Shown here piece by piece: positions 1-7,164 of a stretch of 64,000 bases of DNA. The translations under genes were made by a program, and so were the position numbers. The number at the start of each line of letters is the position of its first letter. Positions within the stretch are counted from its first letter, which is position 1. Origin of the DNA: Planctomycetota bacterium (lineage in GTDB: Bacteria; Planctomycetota; PLA2; JAEUHO01); assembly GCA_965222115.1 (NCBI GenBank), contig CBDCTJ010000003.1, positions 320,001 through 384,000 on the forward strand, given 5' to 3'. Below the pieces are notes generated by a model, which was not told the DNA's origin, made no database searches, and saw nothing but the letters and a program-made list of their open reading frames with translations.

Positions 1-760
1 GAGCATTCAGAGGAGCCATGGAATCATCTTGGCGACGGGACCAACAGGGTCCGGAAAGACAACAACGTTGTACGCCGCCTTGCAGCAACTCAATCGCCCA
101 TCCGTAAATGTTGTAACAGTAGAAGATCCGATCGAGTATGAAGTCCCGCGTGCGACGCAGGTACAAGTTCACTCGAAGTCGGGGCGTACGTTTTCTGCTG
201 TGCTTCGGTCCATCCTTCGACAAGATCCAGATGTCATTATGGTTGGAGAGTTGCGCGACAATGAGACCATTGACAGTGCATTCAAGGCCGCGCTTACCGG
301 ACACTTGGTATTGTCTACGCTTCACACAAATGACGCACCCAGCACGATCACTCGGCTAGTGAATATGGGCGTGGAACCTTACCTTGTCGCGTCGTCGCTT
401 GAACTCGTAGTGGCGCAGCGGCTTCTACGAAGACTATGCCCACATTGCAAAGTACAAACGGAGATCCCGACGGACGTAAGCCATCAGATCGACAGCCTTG
501 GGATTGAACATCCTAAGTTTTACTCGCCGGGACGGTGCGATCAGTGTAGCCGCACGGGGTATCGCGGTCGCCTGCTAGTAGCGGAAGTCATGTCAGTTGA
601 TCCAGGGCTTCGAGGACTAGTTGCAAGGGGCGCGGACACGGACACCGTGCGAGCCTACGCCCAACAGAACGGTGGCATGGTCTTGCTGCGCCACGACGCT
701 CTTCGCAAGGCTGCCCTTGGCTACACGTCATTAGAAGAAGTGCTACGTGTAACACGCTAG
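1..760 (+). CDS. GspE/PilB-family secretion ATPase, C-terminal part (5' end outside window)
   Basis: Walker A GPTGSGKTT, TVEDPIEY Asp box, LRQDPDVIMVGE, His box STLHTND, Zn motif CPHC...CDQC. Confidence 0.92.
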   Translation, partial: SIQRSHGIILATGPTGSGKTTTLYAALQQLNRPSVNVVTVEDPIEYEVPRATQVQVHSKSGRTFSAVLRSILRQDPDVIMVGELRDNETIDSAFKAALTGHLVLSTLHTNDAPSTITRLVNMGVEPYLVASSLELVVAQRLLRRLCPHCKVQTEIPTDVSHQIDSLGIEHPKFYSPGRCDQCSRTGYRGRLLVAEVMSVDPGLRGLVARGADTDTVRAYAQQNGGMVLLRHDALRKAALGYTSLEEVLRVTR

Positions 761-843
761 GCGCCGCTCACCCGGTTCGAGTAGAGGCTGAACCTCAGTA
801 GCGCAGACGGCACGCGATAGCGCCCGGCCCGAAGAACCAACTT

Positions 844-1581
844 CTAATGTGGCCGAGCATGCTCTCGGAGCAATGATTGCAGTGCTTCTTCCAGCCCGGC
901 CAATTGATCGTGGTGTCCGATGAATCTCAACGTGCCATCCGGAGCGACAACAAAGAGCCTCTCTGGAAACGCCTTGAATGCCAAGGATGCAGTATCGTTC
1001 ATGTCATCGACTAATAGTGGCATGGTCATCTTCATTTCCCTGGCGCCCAATTTGGCGACCTCGATTCGCCTGGCAAGTGTCTTCGGGTCTTCTAGGCTAA
1101 CGGTCGGCGAAGGGGCTCCCGGCCCATCGATTGGGTGCGCCTCCCGAATGTAGACGAAGTAAAAGTCAACATCGACCTTGTATCTCCGATGAAATGCTTC
1201 CAGACGACCTGCCTGACGCGCAAAGGGGTCTCAGGTATAAGAACCAAATATCAAGACCGTGGTTCGCGCTGGCCTCGCCAGATTAACTGAGCCTCCACCA
1301 TCGGCACGCGCTACTTGAACACTTGGTACGCTGCTCCCAACTTCCAAATCATCCACAAGAGCGAGGCGCCCTGACAATACGCTCGCGGTCATTGGGCGAC
1401 CGGGGGAAGCCGTGTTCGCGGGAGAGCCTTCAGCCGGCGTGCCATCCACATCGACATTCAACTTCTTTGTTTCCGAAACCTGATTGCGCTCGTTACGCGT
1501 GTAACGATCCGCAACGTTGGTAACGCCCCAGATGCAGGTAACGAGAATTGCAAGTGTACAGAGCATGCGTTTCATGCTCAT
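844..1581 (-). CDS. Iodothyronine-deiodinase-like thioredoxin-fold selenoprotein with in-frame UGA (Sec) at 1231-1233
   Basis: ORFs 1231..1581 and 844..1050 share a frame; reading through the single TGA gives LIFGSYT-U-DPFARQAGRLEAFHRRYKVDVDFYFVYIREAHPIDG...LLVDDMNDTASLAFKAFPERLFVV, matching deiodinase motifs FGSxTUPPF, YIxEAH and PERL; N-terminal hydrophobic signal. Confidence 0.88.
1195..1222 (-). promoter_or_regulatory. Putative bacterial SECIS hairpin downstream of the UGA
   Basis: mRNA UGA-GACCCCUUUGCGCGU-CAGGC-AGGUC-GUCUG-GAAGCA: 5-bp stem CAGGC/GUCUG, loop AGGUC starting 20 nt after UGA, lower UGC/GCA stem. Confidence 0.6.
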
Positions 1582-2269
1582 ACAGACGCTTGGTAGTCAT
1601 AAGGGTTTGCGAGGTATTTGGATTCCTTTACGTGAAAATGCTGCGCAGTACAGCTGAACACCCGTTCTAGTGCATCACGCCAAGACCAAAGTACCGTTCG
1701 TGCAATCCTCCAACGAGTTCCTGATGACAAAACCAGTATCTACTTGTGACACACGAGCGGCCATTTCGCTCTTCATGACATTTGGGATACCGAGTCACGT
1801 CCTTCCTCCTGATTTTACCGAACTTCGTATCGTGTGAGTCATTTGGCCCTTTGACTCTCGCAGGAAGCGTTCTTCGCGCATCTCGCGTTGTTGACCCTAG
1901 AACAAGCACCAAGGGGCGGACCAGGATTGGGGTGCGGACAATTCGGCGTGGCGCTGAGAAAGACCTTATTGAGTCGCAAGCGCATTTGCGCACGGCGTTA
2001 GGTGTTGAACCGAGTCGCGCTGACCGACTACGCAGTCTGCGTGCACCTGCACAGCCGACTGAACATTTTCGCTCACGGGCGCGTGCTAATTGGAACAGAG
2101 AATCGCCGCGACCGTACATCAACCCATAGTCAAGTGAGAATCGAGCTAATACATAACCTCTTCATAGACAATGGCTTACGGCACGAAACTCCCATTTGGC
2201 AAGGCATTTGCGCATTAGCAGCCCAATATCAACCGCGTCGTGCCGGCGACGATCAAACGGAGACGCGTA

Positions 2270-2422
2270 ATGAAATTACCTAGATTAGGTATTGCCGTCG
2301 GATTGCTAGCTGCACTACTGCTGCTTCCACTTGGGGGCTGTGGTGGCGGCGGGAGCAGTAGCGGCGCCACCCCGAACAACAACTGGGATCAGATGACCTG
2401 GGATTCAGGCAACTGGGGCTAG
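2270..2422 (+). CDS. Small (50 aa) lipoprotein with C-terminal WDxxxWDxxxW motif
   Basis: GGAG RBS then MKLPRLGIAVGLLAALLLLPLGGC (lipobox LGGC), Gly/Ser linker, NNWDQMTWDSGNWG. Confidence 0.75.
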   Translation: MKLPRLGIAVGLLAALLLLPLGGCGGGGSSSGATPNNNWDQMTWDSGNWG

Positions 2423-2496
2423 ACCTCACAACTCATCATTTCAATACGTTCAATAACAAGAGAATCCTTCAAGAGAAAGAAACACTGGAGTCTACA

Positions 2497-3099
2497 ATGG
2501 AAAGCAAGAACAGGTTCGTACTCGGCACAATGATCGTCCCTTTCGCACTCGTCGGTATCGGTGTGGTCTATGCAAGCAGCGTCGTAACGCCAAACACATT
2601 CGTTGCAGGTACGCCTGCGGTTGCAGCTGAAGTTAATGTGAATTTTGCGGCTCACGCAGCAGCTATCAACGACAACGACGCTCGGATCGACAACGCGTCT
2701 CGAATCGAAGTAACGACGCCATCGACTCATGTCAGCGTCGCCAATGGCGACACTTCACTTCACGAACTCACAAGCGTTCTAGTAAATGCTCCATCTGCTG
2801 GTAAGGTGATCGTGACGATGACAGGGTATACTGTGTTCTTTGGTGATGGCAAGACGTTGGACGTTGCGGTGTCAGATGACAACACAGCAATGCCGTCTTC
2901 CGGCATAATTGGCCATGGCCGACTAGACGGAGCCGGGGGCAATCGCTTCACGATTCCATTTTGTGCCAAGAACGTATTTCCGGTGGTTGCAGGAAACCAT
3001 ACGTTCTACGGCCTCACACAAGGCAACAACGTGTTCTCGAGCGGTTCAGCCAACGTCGTACCTAGAAGTATTGTCGCCCAATTCGTTGCCACTCCATAG
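2497..3099 (+). CDS. Secreted protein with N-terminal PNTFxAGTPAxAxEVNxNF motif and beta-rich C-terminal domain (fibre/surface-protein-like)
   Basis: GGAG RBS, signal peptide ending VVYA, VTPNTFVAGTPAVAAEVNVNFAA, short helical linker, beta-rich remainder. Confidence 0.75.
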   Translation: MESKNRFVLGTMIVPFALVGIGVVYASSVVTPNTFVAGTPAVAAEVNVNFAAHAAAINDNDARIDNASRIEVTTPSTHVSVANGDTSLHELTSVLVNAPSAGKVIVTMTGYTVFFGDGKTLDVAVSDDNTAMPSSGIIGHGRLDGAGGNRFTIPFCAKNVFPVVAGNHTFYGLTQGNNVFSSGSANVVPRSIVAQFVATP

Positions 3100-3149
3100 A
3101 TGGCGATCCGCTCCTGCCCAAATGCGCATGCAGGGTCGGAAACTGTCCT

Positions 3150-3447
3150 GCGGCGGGCATCCGAAACACGGACGAGCCCCATGTAGGCTGTCAGCGCAAC
3201 CGGAGTTGGCAGCCACGCATGGCCCTCCGCCTGCGCGATCACCATCTGCACCTGTTCAAATTCCAGGTATCCGCGACTGACCGATTTCGACGTTGGTAGC
3301 TGCACGAGCGCGCGCTCGATCGCGAGAGACATCACCATGGCCAGTTTGAACCAAGCAAGTCAACGGCACGCGTCAGCTTGTCCTTGAGTAGCGAATGGTT
3401 GCTGTGCGCTGCCCCAATTTCGTCGTATGCCATTCGATCCACGCCAT
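3150..3447 (-). pseudogene. Decayed tyrosine recombinase/integrase remnant
   Basis: AGAAAGGA RBS then MAWIEWHTTKLGQRTATIRY..., stopped at 3373; a second fragment LPTSKSVSRGYLEFEQVQMVIAQAEGHAWLPTPVALTAYMGLVRVSD resembles integrase patch I/box I (YL..E.V..L......L...GLRxSE); lies just 3' of a tRNA gene. Confidence 0.55.
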
Positions 3448-3505
3448 CGGAGGTCCTTTCTGACCCGATATCCGCATCGATGAAATTTGAGGAGAAAGCG
3501 AGGAC

Positions 3506-3542
3506 AGAAAAGAAAGAGCCATTGCTGACGTCTGAACGGTTC
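3506..3542 (-). terminator. Possible intrinsic terminator between tRNA-derived element A and the integrase remnant
   Basis: Minus strand GAACCGTT-N11-AATGGCTC (imperfect stem) followed by TTTCTTTTCT. Confidence 0.4.
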
Positions 3543-3676
3543 CTCGAGTTGGACTCGAACCAAGCAGGTCGTTGGGTTGATCCGGGGTGCGAGCTTTGGG
3601 CGTCTCAGTCTTGGAGGTCCGCACTCGAACCAACTCGTGTCTAATTGGTCGCTGAGTTCGAGTCCAAGAGCGTTGA
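3537..3676 (-). repeat. tRNA-Asn-derived element A (att-like 3' copy plus structured insert)
   Basis: 3537-3565 cggttcctcgagttggactcgaaccaagc resembles the tRNA 3' end tggctccccgagctggactcgaaccagc; second T-arm copy near 3623-3637; inverted copy gttcgagtccaa at 3656-3667; gagcgttga flank shared with the intact tRNA. Confidence 0.7.
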
Positions 3677-3723
3677 ACGAAAATGACAACGATCAACCCT
3701 GCGTAACGTTATCTTACGAATTA

Positions 3724-3799
3724 TGGCTCCCCGAGCTGGACTCGAACCAGCGACAAGCGGATTAACAGTCCGCTGCTCTACCAACTGAGCTATCGGGGA
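3724..3799 (-). tRNA. tRNA-Asn (GTT)
   Basis: TCCCCGATAGCTCAGTTGGTAGAGCAGCGGACTGTTAATCCGCTTGTCGCTGGTTCGAGTCCAGCTCGGGGAGCCA; 76-nt cloverleaf with encoded CCA. Confidence 0.98.
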
Positions 3800-3906
3800 G
3801 CGTTGAGCCGCGCACGATATCAGGGGACTACGTACCGGCGTCACTTTTTGGCCGGTTCGTTTCAAAGCCCTGACTTTTCACGCTTGTAGCCGATTGCGCG
3901 CGCTCA

Positions 3907-4066
3907 TGGCTCCCCGAGTTGGAGTCCAACCAACCAGCGCGAGGGGCGTGGTCCCGATTGCCGCTGGTCGCGCATCAGGCACTGCAGTCCGTGACTCGAA
4001 CCAACTCGTACTTGCTTATGAGTGCGGATTAACAGTCCGCTGCTCTACCAACTGAGCTATCGGGGG
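3907..4066 (-). pseudogene. Second, interrupted tRNA-Asn copy (element B) with ~89 nt replacing the variable loop
   Basis: 4024-4065 is identical to the 5' half of the intact tRNA (D arm and GTT anticodon arm); 3907-3934 is a 3' end GTTGGTTGGACTCCAACTCGGGGAGCCA with an altered T-loop; insert spans 3935-4023. Confidence 0.8.
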
Positions 4067-4153
4067 GCGGTGGGGAGGCAAGGGTTCAGACGTGGGGACG
4101 GGGTCCGATGTTTTTGGGGAGGAGGACTTTGGGGAGGTGAAGAGGTTCTGGGG

Positions 4154-4711
4154 CTATTCGCTGGGGTCTGGAGTGGAGCCGGCGTCGTCGCGGCGGCGGC
4201 GGGGGCGGCGAATCTGGCGGGCCATGACGATGTGGCGACCAAGATCGGGAATGTCGAACTCGCTAGAGACTTCGCGGAATGCCATGGCGGAGAAAAACTC
4301 GAACGAGCCTTCTCGTGCGTTGGCCCAGACCTCTTCGATGCCGGCCTCGGTCGCAATACGAATCATCTCGCTGAGGATGGAACGTCCGTGCCCGCTTCGG
4401 CGCTCGCTTTCCTCAACGGCAAGTCCGCGAACACGCGCGCCAGGCGTCAGATAGGGACCAACACCAGCTACGCGGTTGTCAAAGTGCATGCTGCCAATGC
4501 CGATCACAACGCCACGCGTGTCTCGTATGGCATAGTGCGTGGCCGTGGCGTCGCTGTCACTTACATAGTTGACGCTCTCGAGGGGCTGGCCGGGACGCAA
4601 GTAGCGCTGCCGCATAGGTCGTACCTCGGCCACGTCCACGGCATGAACCTTAACCTCTGACTCGTCTTCGCTCGCCGATGACTCGTCGTTCGTTGGTTCC
4701 TGTTTCGTCAT
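4154..4711 (-). CDS. GNAT-family N-acetyltransferase
   Basis: VRPMRQRYLRPG, RVRGLAVEESERRSGHGR (acetyl-CoA motif A), VWANAR. Confidence 0.85.
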   Translation of the reverse strand: MTKQEPTNDESSASEDESEVKVHAVDVAEVRPMRQRYLRPGQPLESVNYVSDSDATATHYAIRDTRGVVIGIGSMHFDNRVAGVGPYLTPGARVRGLAVEESERRSGHGRSILSEMIRIATEAGIEEVWANAREGSFEFFSAMAFREVSSEFDIPDLGRHIVMARQIRRPRRRRDDAGSTPDPSE

Positions 4712-4747
4712 GGGTTCAATCGCCGAGTGATCTCGTTGGCCGAGCGA

Positions 4748-5620
4748 CTAGGACGCGGGTGCGGCCTCAGGGACGTCTTCGGTCGCTGTCAAGGGATTCT
4801 CTTCCGGCGCAAGGTAGTCGAGCAACGTCTTGAGCTCACTCTTGAGCTTTGTGCGCGGGACAATGCGATCCACGTAGCCCTTCTCAAGCAAGAATTCGGA
4901 ACGCTGAAACCCATCGGGAAGCACGGCGCGAATGGTGTTTTGAATGACGCGCGGACCCGCAAATCCAATGAGCGCGCCGGGTTCCGCCAGCGTGACATCG
5001 CCCTGCGCAGCAAACGAGGCACTCACACCGCCGGTACACGGGTCGGCCAATACAACAATGTAGGGAATGTTGGCATCGCGCAGGCGACCGATGGCGGCAC
5101 TCGTCTTTGCCATCTGCATGAGCGAAAGTGCGCCTTCTTGCATGCGCGCACCACCCGACGTGGCCACCAAGATGAACGGCACACGCCGTTCGAGAGCATC
5201 TTCGGCAGCAATCGTTACGCGCTCCCCCACCACTACGCCCATGCTTCCGCCGCGGTAACTAAAATCCATCGCCGCAAGCGTTATGGGTCGGCCACTGAGT
5301 AGACCACGACCCACCAAAATAGCCTCGCTCACGCCCGACTTGGCTTCCGAGCGCTTGATCACTTCTTCGTAAGCATTCGAACCGGTGCCGAATCGCAATA
5401 CGTCGCGCGGTCGCAAGTCATCGCCTAACGGCTCAAAGGATCCCTCGTCCACAATCTGCTTGATCCGCGTGGGGCCGTTGACTTTCATGTGGTGGTCGCA
5501 GTCGGGACACACATTGAGATTGTCTTCGACGTTCTTGGTGAAGGCCATGACGCCACAGGCCGGACACTTCATCCAGAGTCCAAAGGGAATCTCTTTCTTC
5601 TTGCGACTAAAGAATGCCAT
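4748..5620 (-). CDS. accD: Acetyl-CoA carboxylase carboxyltransferase beta subunit
   Basis: GLWMKCPAC..VCPDC Zn finger, GGSMG, SGGARMQEG, GGVSASFA, GFAGPRVI. Confidence 0.97.
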   Translation of the reverse strand: MAFFSRKKKEIPFGLWMKCPACGVMAFTKNVEDNLNVCPDCDHHMKVNGPTRIKQIVDEGSFEPLGDDLRPRDVLRFGTGSNAYEEVIKRSEAKSGVSEAILVGRGLLSGRPITLAAMDFSYRGGSMGVVVGERVTIAAEDALERRVPFILVATSGGARMQEGALSLMQMAKTSAAIGRLRDANIPYIVVLADPCTGGVSASFAAQGDVTLAEPGALIGFAGPRVIQNTIRAVLPDGFQRSEFLLEKGYVDRIVPRTKLKSELKTLLDYLAPEENPLTATEDVPEAAPAS

Positions 5621-5645
5621 GGGGCTTCCTCCTCGTCCGAGTCAC

Positions 5646-6320
5646 CTATGCGGCCGAACCACGCAACGTCGAAATCGCGCGCGCCCGATCCTTCTGACCA
5701 AACACCGCCGTGCCCGCCACCATAATGTCTACACCGGCGGAAATGGCATCGGGAGCCGTGCCTTCTGCAATACCGCCATCAATGGAGATGTCACCGGCGA
5801 ATCCGCGTTCGCGCAAGGCACGAACCTTGTCGAGCACCTCGGGCATAAACGACTGCCCGCCAAAGCCTGGATTGACCGACATGATCAATACGAGATCCAC
5901 AACGTCTAGGTACGGTTCGGCCGCGCTAAGGGGTGTGGCTGGATTGAGGACAACCCCGGGTCGCGCGTCTAGATCCGAAATGATCTTGATCGTGTCCCCA
6001 ATGTTGTCAGGCGACTCCACGTGAATGCTGATCCAATCGGCGCCTGCCTTGGCAAAGGCCTCGACATATTGGCTGGGTTTGGCGATCATCAGGTGGCAAT
6101 CGAGCACCGCGTCCGTCGCGCGGCGAATGCTCTTCACGACCGGCGGACCAAATGTGAGGTTGGGAACAAAATGCCCGTCCATGACATCGAGATGAAGCAG
6201 GTCGGCGCCGCCCTCCAAAACATCACGAATCTCAGCGGCGAGATTGGCGAAGTCGGCAGACAACAGCGAGGGTGCGATTCGAACGGTGCGTCGGGCGCTC
6301 GACGGTGGGCTTTGTGTCAT
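5646..6320 (-). CDS. rpe: Ribulose-phosphate 3-epimerase
   Basis: IAPSLLSADF, HLDVMDGHFVPNLTFG, MSVNPGFGGQ, IDGG. Confidence 0.97.
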   Translation of the reverse strand: MTQSPPSSARRTVRIAPSLLSADFANLAAEIRDVLEGGADLLHLDVMDGHFVPNLTFGPPVVKSIRRATDAVLDCHLMIAKPSQYVEAFAKAGADWISIHVESPDNIGDTIKIISDLDARPGVVLNPATPLSAAEPYLDVVDLVLIMSVNPGFGGQSFMPEVLDKVRALRERGFAGDISIDGGIAEGTAPDAISAGVDIMVAGTAVFGQKDRARAISTLRGSAA

Positions 6321-6419
6321 GGCAAGAGTCTACTCGCAAGTTCGCCCGCGCCGACGCGACGGGCGATCCGCACCGTCCAGAGAGTCCAGTTTCTCGCGCG
6401 CACAGCGCTGCTGGTGGGC

Positions 6420-7139
6420 ATGTTGTTCGGTATGGCTGGGTGCGGCGAGCCCTCGCTCGACCACGACGCCAAGGTGCCCCAAGACAAACGATTCACGCCG
6501 CCCGATCCGAGCGCGCCGCCGGGCACGCTGCACGAGGCGGAGATCCATCGCCTGCTCACGCTTCCTCTGGATGGATACACGTCGCGCGACAAGCTCGTTT
6601 CGCCAACGCATGGTCAGATGACCTATGAACGTGAAGACGACTCGGGCACGACACGCGCGCGCGTCACATTGAGGGTATGCGATTCGTCGATCGACAATAC
6701 GACGTCTATGAACGCCGATGCATTGGAGGCTATCTCCAACGATGTGCGAAGTCGGTTCCCCCCGGTCCATCGCGACAATCCGGGCCTTCAGTGGGGTATG
6801 TCGCCTTTCACATTCGACGGCGGATTCAAAGGCATCATGCACTGGTATCGAAGCTATGTGGGACCCGATGCAACATCCAGCAACACGTCATCACGCCGGT
6901 CTTCGTTGCTTGCCTATTCGTTTCAATTCGCCGACGGTGTGAATGGCATCGACATCACAGTGACCAAACCCACGCGCCAGACCGTCCATTCGCTCGATGA
7001 GTTGAAGAACAGCCTCAGAGAAGAAGACGCGATTCGCACGGCTCATGAAGTTTTCCGCGTATTGGGGGCGATCTTTCAGCGCAGACAAGACGCGAAATCC
7101 AAGCGAGACGATGCCAAGCACCGCAACGAAACGAAGTAG
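6420..7139 (+). CDS. Hypothetical lipoprotein (start uncertain)
   Basis: Hydrophobic stretch ending MAGC (lipobox) then a soluble domain; upstream part of the called ORF overlaps rpe. Confidence 0.55.
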   Translation: MLFGMAGCGEPSLDHDAKVPQDKRFTPPDPSAPPGTLHEAEIHRLLTLPLDGYTSRDKLVSPTHGQMTYEREDDSGTTRARVTLRVCDSSIDNTTSMNADALEAISNDVRSRFPPVHRDNPGLQWGMSPFTFDGGFKGIMHWYRSYVGPDATSSNTSSRRSSLLAYSFQFADGVNGIDITVTKPTRQTVHSLDELKNSLREEDAIRTAHEVFRVLGAIFQRRQDAKSKRDDAKHRNETK

Positions 7140-7164
7140 CCAACCAACAAGAATGGGGTAAACG

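Noticed and set aside
1667-2283. Overlapping ORFs between the selenoprotein and small lipoprotein genes
   Set aside because: No recognisable motif or RBS; treated as a divergent promoter region or decayed DNA.
3560-4020. Hammerhead, SAM or TPP motifs suggested by CTGATG/CTGAGA in the tRNA-derived inserts
   Set aside because: The remaining required core nucleotides are absent.
3537-4066. CRISPR array suggested by recurring GACTCGAACCA motifs
   Set aside because: The repeats are tRNA T-arm copies with irregular spacing and mixed orientation, and there are no cas genes in the window.
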